Origin: an uncultured Planctomycetota bacterium
GTDB taxonomy: Bacteria; Planctomycetota; Planctomycetia; Pirellulales; Thermoguttaceae
Direction of reading: 5' to 3'
DNA length: 39,986 nt
Assembly: GCA_902797455.1 (NCBI GenBank)
Contig: CADBTE010000237.1
Span: forward strand, 1 to 39,986
Below, piece after piece: positions 16,800 through 25,200 of the stretch. Position 1 is the first letter of the stretch, and every line of letters begins with the position of its first letter. Position numbers and translations under genes: made by a program. The notes under the pieces were generated by a model, which worked only from the letters and a program-made list of their open reading frames with translations, made no database searches and was not told the origin of the DNA.

Positions 16800-17603
16800 A
16801 TGGCCGAGGCGATCGTTGATCTTCAATCCGTCACCTTCTCGTACGATGGACAAGCCCCCGCCTTGGAGGATGTCTCGCTGAAAATCGCCCCGGGAGAGTT
16901 CGCCTCGATCGTCGGACCGAACGGGGGGGGAAAGACCACGCTGGTGCGGCTGATGCTCGGGCTGCTTCATCCCCAAAAGGGGACGGTGAAGCTCTTCGGT
17001 CAGCAGCCAGAAAAAACCCGGCTGTTCGTCGGCTATACCCCACAGCTGCTGCGGGTCGACCGTCTCTTCCCCATTACCGTCGGCGACGTCGTCCTCACCG
17101 GCCGGCTCGGCGGCGCGCGCAATAAAGAGGTCTCCTTCGTCGGCCGCCTCTTCTGGCGATACTCCAGGCAGGATCGAACCGAGGCGGCCGCGGCGATGGA
17201 GCAAATGGGGATCGCCGACCTGGCGAACCGAACCTTCGGGTCGCTGTCGGGAGGCCAGCGACAGCGGGTTCTCATTGCCAGGGCGCTGTGCAGCCGCCCC
17301 AAGCTTCTGATCCTTGACGAACCGACCAACAACGTGGATCCCTCCAGTGTCGAGCAGTTCTATCACCTCCTCGAGGAACTGAACCGCACGGTCGCCATTT
17401 TAATCGTCTCGCACGACCTGGGGGTTGTCTCACGCTGCGTCCAGAGCGTTATCTGTGTCAATCAGCGGGTGGTTGTTCACCCGACCAGTGAGTTCGACGG
17501 CCGGGCCATACGCGAGATCTACGGCGGTGATCTGAAGATGATCCGTCACGACCACCGCTGCAGCGAAGGAGGGCACCTCTTTGAGGGGGAACACCTCATT
17601 TAA
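16800..17603 (+). CDS. Metal (Zn/Mn, ZnuC/TroB-type) ABC transporter ATP-binding protein
   Basis: Walker A GPNGGGKTT, signature LSGGQRQRV, Walker B LLILDEPT, VSHDL...VICVN and a His-rich C-terminal tail (IRHDHRCSEGGH), as in ZnuC-type ATPases. Confidence 0.88.
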   Translation: MAEAIVDLQSVTFSYDGQAPALEDVSLKIAPGEFASIVGPNGGGKTTLVRLMLGLLHPQKGTVKLFGQQPEKTRLFVGYTPQLLRVDRLFPITVGDVVLTGRLGGARNKEVSFVGRLFWRYSRQDRTEAAAAMEQMGIADLANRTFGSLSGGQRQRVLIARALCSRPKLLILDEPTNNVDPSSVEQFYHLLEELNRTVAILIVSHDLGVVSRCVQSVICVNQRVVVHPTSEFDGRAIREIYGGDLKMIRHDHRCSEGGHLFEGEHLI

Positions 17604-17635
17604 CGGGCCCTTTTCTCTGGGCTGAAGAGTTTCTC

Positions 17636-19045
17636 TTAAACAAACGCCTCCTCACCGTACTCGGGCAGGGCGACCTTCGTCTCGGGGGCGATTCCCCTGA
17701 TCTTCTCCGCCAAAGTCTGTGAAGAAGTGATCTCCCCGTGAACCACAAAGGTGGTCTCGGGATGCTTCGGGATCGCGCTGTACCACGCCAAAAGTTCTTT
17801 TTGATCGGCGTGACCTGAGATTCCCCGGACCGAAACCACTTCGGCGCGGACCATATACTGCTGGCCGAGAATTCGAACGTTCTTCTCGCCGCTGACAATC
17901 CTTCGCCCCAATGTTCCCTGCGACTGATACCCCAAGAAGAGGACCATATTGCGCTGATCCCCGATATGGTTGGCGAGGTGGTGTTTGATTCGGCCGGCGT
18001 TGCACATCCCGCTGGAGGCCAAAATCAGCGCGGGCCCGCCGAAGGTGTTCAAGGTGCGAGACTGATCGGGGGTCTCCAAAAGATGGAGGTTTTCGATCGA
18101 TTCTCTGCTGTCGAGCATCTCGAGCGTCTCTTGATCGAAACACTCCTTGTGACGGACAAAGATACGTGTCGCCTCGACCGCCATCGGGGAATCAAGGAAG
18201 ATCGGGATATCTTTCGAAAGGGCGCCGCTTTGCTGAAGTGTCGCCAGTCGATAGAGCATCTCCTGAGCGCGCTCGACGGCAAAGACAGGCATGATCACCT
18301 TTCCGCCGCGGGCGGTTGTTCGCGCGATTGCTTCACGGAGCTGATCGTCAACGCTTTCAATCGGCGCGCTTTCACGGTCGCCATAGGTCGACTCAATCAG
18401 CAGGGTATCGACCGGCCGGCCCGGGTCGAGAAAAAACGCCGGGTCGCGCAGGATCGGGCGATCCGGACGGCCAAGATCGCCGGAGAAGAGAATCCGGCGT
18501 TCATTTCGCTCGCGCGGTTCCCGGTAGGTTACCTCGACGAAGGCGCTTCCCAAGACATGCCCCGCCTCGTGGAAGGCGACGCTCACACGGGGAACAATCT
18601 CTGTTTGGCATTCGTAGTCAACTGGGACAAACATCGGGAGAACTTGCTGAACGTCGGCGTTGGTGTACAGCGCAACGACGGGGCGCCCCAGACGGTTTTC
18701 TTTGCGGTGACGCTTCTGCTTGAACAGCGCGTCTTCCTCTTGGATATGAGCCGAATCGAGCAGGATCAGCTTGGCCAGGTCGCAGGTCGCCGCGGTCGCG
18801 TAGATCTTCCCGCGAAAACCGTCCTTCCAGAATTTCGGAATCAACCCGCAGTGATCCAGATGGGCGTGCGTCAGAAAGATCGCCTCTATTCCCGCGGGAT
18901 CCTCGGGGCACTTGTCCCAGTTGCGCCAGAGGTAATCGCGCTCCTGGGTCATTCCACAGTCAACCAGAAAACGAAAATCCCCGGTCTCGGCGAAGTGCTT
19001 CGAACCGGTGACATTCCCATTACCCCCCAGAAAACGCAATCTCAT
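17636..19045 (-). CDS. MBL-fold beta-CASP family hydrolase (RNase J / CPSF-like nuclease)
   Basis: Metallo-beta-lactamase motif FLTHAHLDHCG, beta-CASP-type spacing with ESTYG and the late GHADQKELLAW His motif. ATG start. Confidence 0.85.
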   Translation of the reverse strand: MRLRFLGGNGNVTGSKHFAETGDFRFLVDCGMTQERDYLWRNWDKCPEDPAGIEAIFLTHAHLDHCGLIPKFWKDGFRGKIYATAATCDLAKLILLDSAHIQEEDALFKQKRHRKENRLGRPVVALYTNADVQQVLPMFVPVDYECQTEIVPRVSVAFHEAGHVLGSAFVEVTYREPRERNERRILFSGDLGRPDRPILRDPAFFLDPGRPVDTLLIESTYGDRESAPIESVDDQLREAIARTTARGGKVIMPVFAVERAQEMLYRLATLQQSGALSKDIPIFLDSPMAVEATRIFVRHKECFDQETLEMLDSRESIENLHLLETPDQSRTLNTFGGPALILASSGMCNAGRIKHHLANHIGDQRNMVLFLGYQSQGTLGRRIVSGEKNVRILGQQYMVRAEVVSVRGISGHADQKELLAWYSAIPKHPETTFVVHGEITSSQTLAEKIRGIAPETKVALPEYGEEAFV

Positions 19046-19276
19046 AATCGTCTCGTTCGCTTTTGCGGTGGATGAAAAAGAAGCGGCCCTTCGGCCTTCC
19101 CCTTTTCGGCAGTACTCCCCCTATTGTAAAAAATCGGCTCAAACGACGCAATCATCCCGCCCTCGAACAAAAAAAACGGCTCTTCCCCAAGTGTCCAGCG
19201 CAGGACTATTCCGAAATAACGTCAAATGCGCCATAATAGCCTCTGATCCCGATCACGTTTGACAGGAAGAAAACCG

Positions 19277-20665
19277 ATGAACCGTTTCCACCGATTCCCC
19301 TTGCTTTTGAGTCTCCTCCTGCCGCTGGCCGCGGCGGCCTTCGCCCTGGAAACGCCCAAGAGTCCCCCACTGAGCGATCAAGACCGAACCGCCAATCTTG
19401 ACCGCGCCAAGGAAGCACGACGCCATTGGCCGAGTTTCGGAGAATTAAAGATTCTCTATATGGACGATCTGGGAATCCGCGCGCTTTCGGGCCGCTATGT
19501 CGATCTTTACACCGACTTGCCCTCAAACGAAAAGAACGACGAGATCATCCACCTGCTCGACGCCGCGGTCCCCCGGCTGTGCGAGTTCTTTCATCTTGAT
19601 CCGCGCCAGTACGACGACTGGAAGATCTCCGCTTTTCTTATGACCGACCGGGAACCGTTCGACATCTTCGGCGCCTTCGATTTCAGCGAGGAGGAGATTC
19701 CTGAATTTCCCAACGGTTTTTCGCTCTACGATCGGATTTGGGTCTTCGATAAGAACCAGGTCTACTACAACCGTTTCCTGATGCTCCACGAGCTGGTCCA
19801 CGCCTTTATGCTCCATACCTTCGGCTCTTTGGAACCTCGCTGGTTCACCGAAGGGATCGCTGAGTTTCTCGCCCTCCACCGCTGGGATGGGCAGACCATC
19901 GAGCTGGGAATCTTCCCCGACACACGGGAAGAGGTCGAGGGGTTCGGCCGGATTGATCGCATCCGATCCTTTGTCCAATCGGGCGAAGTCCCTTCGGTGG
20001 AAGAATTGCTCGCCATCAAACCGAAGGCCTTTGACGATGTCTCGTCCTACGCGTGGTGCTGGGCCCTGGTGACCTTGCTGGCGCGCCATCCTCAGTACGC
20101 CGATGCCTTTGGCGCTCTCCCCTTCCTGGCGATGGAGAAGGACCCTAATAAGCCATTTCTCGAACTGCTGGGAAACAGCGCCGGCCGCCTTGCCGCCGAC
20201 TGGCAGAATTTCGTCGAATGGCTTGACTATGGTTTCGATTTCGATCACGCGCCGGACGCGAGTGTGCCGGGTTTCGGTCTGGAGCCCCTCTCCGATGAGG
20301 GAACATCCTTCACTCTCGACGCCGAAAACGGCTGTCTCGCGACCGGTGTCATACTGGAACCGGGAAAAGAGTACCGTTTCAGCGCCTCGGGACGGTTTCG
20401 TGTCGGATGCCAGGGAAAGGTCTATCCGTGCGAAGCCAACGGAATCACCCTATCGTACTTCAACGCTCGTCCCCTTGGGACGCTCCTGGCCGAAATCGTC
20501 CCCGAGAAGGCCTCCTTGAACGAGCTGCCGATTCAGACCGAACCGATCGGCGCGAAAGGAACGCTTACACCCAAAAAACGAGGGGAGCTTCACCTGCGGC
20601 TAAATCTCCCCACAAATCAGATCAAAAACAGCCGGGGGACCTGTACGGTCACGGTTCGGCCGTGA
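19277..20665 (+). CDS. Secreted gluzincin-like HExxH metallopeptidase (DUF1570-like), hypothetical
   Basis: Signal peptide MNRFHRFPLLLSLLLPLAAAAFA. HELVH at 19787-19801 is followed 16 residues later by WFTEGIAEF (HExxH...E, as in MA(E) clan peptidases). AGGAAG Shine-Dalgarno lies before ATG 19277. Confidence 0.6.
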   Translation: MNRFHRFPLLLSLLLPLAAAAFALETPKSPPLSDQDRTANLDRAKEARRHWPSFGELKILYMDDLGIRALSGRYVDLYTDLPSNEKNDEIIHLLDAAVPRLCEFFHLDPRQYDDWKISAFLMTDREPFDIFGAFDFSEEEIPEFPNGFSLYDRIWVFDKNQVYYNRFLMLHELVHAFMLHTFGSLEPRWFTEGIAEFLALHRWDGQTIELGIFPDTREEVEGFGRIDRIRSFVQSGEVPSVEELLAIKPKAFDDVSSYAWCWALVTLLARHPQYADAFGALPFLAMEKDPNKPFLELLGNSAGRLAADWQNFVEWLDYGFDFDHAPDASVPGFGLEPLSDEGTSFTLDAENGCLATGVILEPGKEYRFSASGRFRVGCQGKVYPCEANGITLSYFNARPLGTLLAEIVPEKASLNELPIQTEPIGAKGTLTPKKRGELHLRLNLPTNQIKNSRGTCTVTVRP

Positions 20666-20672
20666 GAGAAAA

Positions 20673-20939
20673 CTAATCTTGCAGCGCCTTGTACTGGCGC
20701 AGAACATCTAAAAAAGAGGCGACATCTTTGCGAGCCGTTTCGGCGTCGACTTCATAACGCGCCGTGAGGCGTTCGACCAGTTCGTCCTCGGTCACTTCGC
20801 TGTGGAGCTGCTCCACCAGGAAGGCCCCGACGGCATTGACCGTGATCATCCCGTTGAAGTCGACCTGCGCCTTTCCAAAGGGGACTAAAATCGTCGTATC
20901 ATCCAGCGTCCGAAGAACAAATTCAGAATTTAGTTTCAT
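20673..20939 (-). CDS. PqqD-family protein (RiPP recognition element-like peptide chaperone)
   Basis: 88 aa: FVLRTLDDTTILVPFGKAQVDFNGMITVNAVGAFLVEQLHSEVTEDELVERLTARYEVDAETARKDVASFLDVLRQYKAL. The size and pattern are typical of PqqD/RRE winged-helix proteins. Confidence 0.85.
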   Translation of the reverse strand: MKLNSEFVLRTLDDTTILVPFGKAQVDFNGMITVNAVGAFLVEQLHSEVTEDELVERLTARYEVDAETARKDVASFLDVLRQYKALQD

Positions 20940-20973
20940 TGTATTATATCAGAGGTTTCACCCTTCAGCGGAA

Positions 20974-21471
20974 TCACCGGAAGATCCCCCTCACCCGGCG
21001 TTTGAGATAATGATAGACTTGTCTGGGAAAACGCAGCGCCATCCATGCCTCGCTGTAGAGGCGGTAAAGCCGGCTGTCGCAATGGATGACCCGCGAGCCG
21101 CGCCGGATCGAGCGAACCACCGCCAAAACCTGCTCACGATCAATCCCCCGCTCCAGCGCTATCTGGTTATCGCCGCAGAGAGTATACCGCTGCCGCGGCC
21201 CGGAGACCCCCACTATTCTATGCAGAACATAGGTTCCGTCCAGACGCCGATAGAGAATGATATCACCTCGGCGGAGCTTTTTCTCCCCTGGGGCCTCTAG
21301 AACGACTGTGTCACGCCCCCCGCGCAGGGTCGGGAGCATACTGCTTCCGGTGGGGGTGATCGAGACGCGCTTACCGGCCGCCAACAGTTCCCCGGCCAAG
21401 GCGAAAAAGGGCTCGGAACCGACCAAAAGCGTCGTCTTTTCACCATCCGGGGGGGGAACGGAATCACTCAT
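20974..21471 (-). CDS. S26-family (SipW/ER/archaeal-type, Ser-His) peptidase lacking a membrane anchor
   Basis: Box B GSSMLPTL, box C RGDIILYRR, box D YVLHRIV (His where LexA/UmuD and SPase I carry Lys) and box E CGDNQIALERGID. No hydrophobic TM stretch at either end. ATG 21471 overlaps the upstream stop as ATGAGTGA. Confidence 0.8.
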   Translation of the reverse strand: MSDSVPPPDGEKTTLLVGSEPFFALAGELLAAGKRVSITPTGSSMLPTLRGGRDTVVLEAPGEKKLRRGDIILYRRLDGTYVLHRIVGVSGPRQRYTLCGDNQIALERGIDREQVLAVVRSIRRGSRVIHCDSRLYRLYSEAWMALRFPRQVYHYLKRRVRGIFR

Positions 21472-22258
21472 CGCGTACCCCCGGGGGCAGCTGTTCGAGG
21501 GGCCGCGCGTCACGCATCGCGGCGTACGCGACTCGGACCGCCCCAGTGGTCGGTGTGCAGCTCAATTGGAAGATCGGGATTGTCTTGAGAAGCCTGACCA
21601 TTCGGTCGAGCGCATCCTCCATCTGCTCGCCGCCGGCGGGACGAAGCGTCTGTGACAAAAAGGGATAGACCGCCTCGGACGGCGTCATGGGATGGATCGT
21701 ATCCTCGATCCCGCGGCGCAGGAAGGCAATCGCCGCCAAAGGAACACGAAGCGGGCGATTCAAGTCACTCTTCCCCGACCAGGGGGTTCCATAGACATAC
21801 CACGCGCCGTCGACCAAACGGATGACCGGTTTGTCATCGTTGAGGATAAAGGCGCGGTCACGGCCAAAGTGGCGGCACCAAAGCTGGGTATGGGTCGACT
21901 TGCCAACACCGCTGTCGGCGGAAAACAGATAGGCCCGCCCGTCACATACCACGGCCGAGGCGTGCAGGCCAATACCGTTGAAGTCGAGAATCGAACGGAT
22001 AAAGTCGATTCCGGTGAGAATATACAGAAGGGAATCGGGGGTCAGATGGGGGTTTTCGCGCAGCTTCCTCTCAAAGAAATCATCGGGGATATCGATCACC
22101 AGATCAACCTTGGGAGGTGGGCTTTGGCTCGGCAGCTCATACGCCCGGGCCTGCTTATACAGACGCCCCCGGCCGGAATCGAACGAGACTACCAGATCGG
22201 CGATTCGGTAATACGTCCGATGACCGGCGCGGGGGTTATCTTGGGGAAGGATCGGCAC
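21464..22258 (-). CDS. HPr kinase C-terminal-domain-like P-loop kinase (HprK-related)
   Basis: LHASAVVCDGRAYLFSADSGVGKSTHTQLW (compare HprK/P G-x-SG-x-GKS), FILNDDKPVIRL (compare HprK ADD motif) and YGTPWSGKS. The P-loop is encoded at about 21890-21916. GTG start 33 nt after the giant-gene stop. Confidence 0.8.
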   Translation of the reverse strand: MPILPQDNPRAGHRTYYRIADLVVSFDSGRGRLYKQARAYELPSQSPPPKVDLVIDIPDDFFERKLRENPHLTPDSLLYILTGIDFIRSILDFNGIGLHASAVVCDGRAYLFSADSGVGKSTHTQLWCRHFGRDRAFILNDDKPVIRLVDGAWYVYGTPWSGKSDLNRPLRVPLAAIAFLRRGIEDTIHPMTPSEAVYPFLSQTLRPAGGEQMEDALDRMVRLLKTIPIFQLSCTPTTGAVRVAYAAMRDARPLEQLPPGVRDE

Positions 22259-22291
22259 AGTGCTTTTTTGGCATCTACTTGTTCGAAGCGG

Positions 22292-25200
22292 TCAATCCAT
22301 TACCGGTATATCGTAATCGAGCAGTTCGCTGTCAATTTTCTCTTCGGCAGCGGCATCTTCTTCGAAGTCAAAGAGCCAATCGGTACGATCCGACTCGGCC
22401 GCGAAGGGTACAGCCGCCAAGGCGGCGGGAACCGCGTCGTCGCGAAGAGCGTCGAGCGCCTCGACAATCACCGCGTCGGAGGGAGAACTCTGCGCGGCGG
22501 CCGACGGCCGCTCAAAGGCCGAGACGACGAAGCAGTCGGACTCCAATGCCGAGGAGACAATCGAATTGGGACGGACTGTCCAGCCGAGAAGGTAGGGATC
22601 GAACCCCGCGTCTTTGTAGAAACCACCCGTGCGGTACGAGACCCCTCGAATACCGTCATAGGACCACCCGTAGCCGGCCAGGAAATAGGACAGGTCATAA
22701 TCGCTGATCGTCGTGGCTCCGGGATTGGTATCGACCAGGAGAATTTTGTATTTCCCGACAGGTCTTTGAGCGTAGTACTTGAGGAAGAAGGCCAAATCGG
22801 CATCGTCCACAGCGCCGTCGTCGTTGACATCAAACCGTACGGGGAAGTAGGTGGTTGTGTTCAGCGACTCGGTCACCGTATTGACCCCATTAGACTGATT
22901 GATCGACTGGGAATCTTTTGAAACCAACAAATTGAACGTCTCCGAGTTGGTGAACGCCTGGAAAACCCCGACATTCGCCAGGTCGTCCAGAAAGATGCCG
23001 CCCCCTTCCACCGGCGCCATCTTGACACGGGCCAGCAGCACCTGCTTCCCGGAGGCGACCGTCACCGGCGTGCCGGCGAACCCCGAGACGGTGACCTTGC
23101 CGGCGGTACTGTCGTCGGCCGTCACGGTGAACCCGGTGCCGGCTTCCACGTCGCTGTAGACATAGTAACCCGCGCGGAACGACAGTTCGGCGGAGAATTG
23201 GGTGATCGTACTGGAGGTACTCGGGGCACCCCAGATCTCGACATAGAAGCTCGACCACTCGTCGAGCCAGTCATAGACGAAGTTTTGATCTTTGATCTGA
23301 TCAACGGTCATCGCTGCGGAAGCGACCGTCCCGTTCAGTCCGCGGATCACCACGGTCATCGTCCCTTCCGTATCTTTTTCGTAGGAGGGATCCAGCCGCA
23401 GAACCGTCTTCCCCTTGACGGCGTAGACCGACGGTTCGCCGGTGCCGCGGTCCGCCGCCGAGACCAAAAGGTACGGGGCGGCGAGCAGTTCACCGTCCGT
23501 CCCCTGGAAGTTGACCCCATCGGCGTCGTCACCCGCCAGGGTGTTATAGACAGGAAGATTGAAGCGCGAATCACCGTCTTTGCCGAGCGCCCAATAGAAC
23601 TTGGAGCGTCCCGCGTTGTTCACGGTAAAGACCGCGTCGAGCTTTCCGTCACCGTTGATATCGCCAAGGGTCAGACCGCCGACCTCACCGATTTGGTCGA
23701 TCCCGCCGTTGAGCGTCACGGGGGGGTTGTCGCCGGGGAACCCTTCGTCCGGCCGATGGTTATTCCCCCCCGCTTCTCCAGACCCCGACGTGTTGAGGAC
23801 ATAGGTCACGGTGGAGAAACCCTCACCGGTCTGGAGGACGTACCCAATCGCGGCGTCCAGCGCTCCGGTTCCCTTACTGAGGAAAACGATATCCGTCAGT
23901 CCATCGCCATTGATATCGCCGCAGGCGACACTGACCGGCTGATAGGGATTATAGAGAAAAACGTACTGACCGCGGGGGACCGCCGAGATAGTTTTCCTCA
24001 CGGCGGCATCGACACTGCCGGTGGTATTGTCGAGGACAACGATCGTCGAAGCGGCGTTCCCCGTGCGGCAGACGGTGTACAGAACATCGGCGTACGGATC
24101 GCTCCCCGCGCACAGAGCCCCCACCCACAGCGCCGTGAGCTCGTGGGAGGAGGTGAATTGCGATTCCACACAGCGGTTGGAGACAATCATCGCTCCCACC
24201 TCCTGGAGCGGATCGATCACCGAGAGATAAAGCCCCGATTGCTCACTGCCCTGGGCGGTGTGGTAGAACCCCACCACAATCTGATCGGCCGGACTGGCAT
24301 CGGTCTTCCCGAGAACATCACCCGAGGCGATCAATGTCGTGTAGGCCGTTGAGGGAACCGACTCGAAGGTAACGGTACAGGAGCCCTCACTGACCACCCC
24401 TTCAGGGGTAAAGCGGCCATCCACCCCCTGGTAGAAGATACCGACTTTCCCCTCATAAAGGACCGCCACGTCGATTTTATCGTCTTTCATACCGGCCGTA
24501 CCGGTACCGAAGTAGCCAAAGACAGCGGACGAAGCCGTTCCGTTGAGATTGCCCAGCTGAATCGGCTGAGCGCTTAAATCGGAATCGGCAAAGAGCCAAA
24601 TGCCCGACGCGCCGGCCACCAGAAGATCGAGCGAGCCGTCGCCGTTATAATCCCCTTCCCAGGAAGCGAAGTAATCGGGCTGAGTCACCAGGGACACCGG
24701 GGAAAAGGGGGACTCACCGCCGGTGGCGTTAAAGAAGACATAGTCCGTTCCGGAGACGGCAATCAAATCGGTGGAGGAAACGGAAGCGAAAGCCCCCGAA
24801 GCCATCGCCACAGACCGGGTGGACGAGGAGAAACCGCTGAAGGCGACCGCGGAAGCATCGCCAAACGAACCGGTCCTGGCCGCTTCGTCGAGCGACAGCG
24901 TCAGGGAAACAAGCTTTTTGGTATTGCAGTAGTAAAGATTCTGTCCGGAGGCGACCGCACCGAGCGGTTCGGTCATCGAGATCGCCGTGCCGGCGGTATA
25001 ATTCCATGACTGAACAGCGTACGCGAAGCTGGCCTTGCCGTACGAAACAGAGACATCGTAGGCGTTAAAGCATGTCCGACCGGCGCCCTTATTGACGGTC
25101 ACCAGGAACGAGTGGCCACCCTCGGTGAGGGAACCAACCAGTCCTTCCCCATTGACGGTCCCGTAGGGGGAACCGGTGGTAGCGGTAAAGGAACCCGCCG

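Noticed and set aside
15317-19075. Plus-strand ORFs of 480 aa (15317-16759) and 369 aa (17966-19075), and the minus-strand 213-aa ORF (16725-17366)
   Set aside because: They are antisense shadows of dnaB, the beta-CASP gene and the ABC ATPase gene respectively. The sense frames carry canonical Walker and MBL motifs.
20974-21471. The S24/S26-like peptidase as the missing UmuD partner of umuC
   Set aside because: The general-base position carries His (LHRIV) with a GDN box, i.e. SipW/S26B-type rather than the Ser-Lys S24 type of UmuD/LexA. The gene is 14 kb from umuC and is translationally coupled to the kinase gene.
20673-22258. Calling the cassette a lasso-peptide biosynthetic gene cluster
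   Set aside because: No asparagine-synthetase-like cyclase, no small B2 transglutaminase-type protease and no precursor ORF are present in or beside the operon. The only transglutaminase-like gene (1246-2469) is 19 kb away, is 408 aa long and is membrane-anchored.
21692-24352. Plus-strand ORFs of 409 aa (21692-22921) and 384 aa (23198-24352)
   Set aside because: They are antisense to the kinase gene and giant gene 1, cross a gene boundary on the other strand, and have no recognisable domains.
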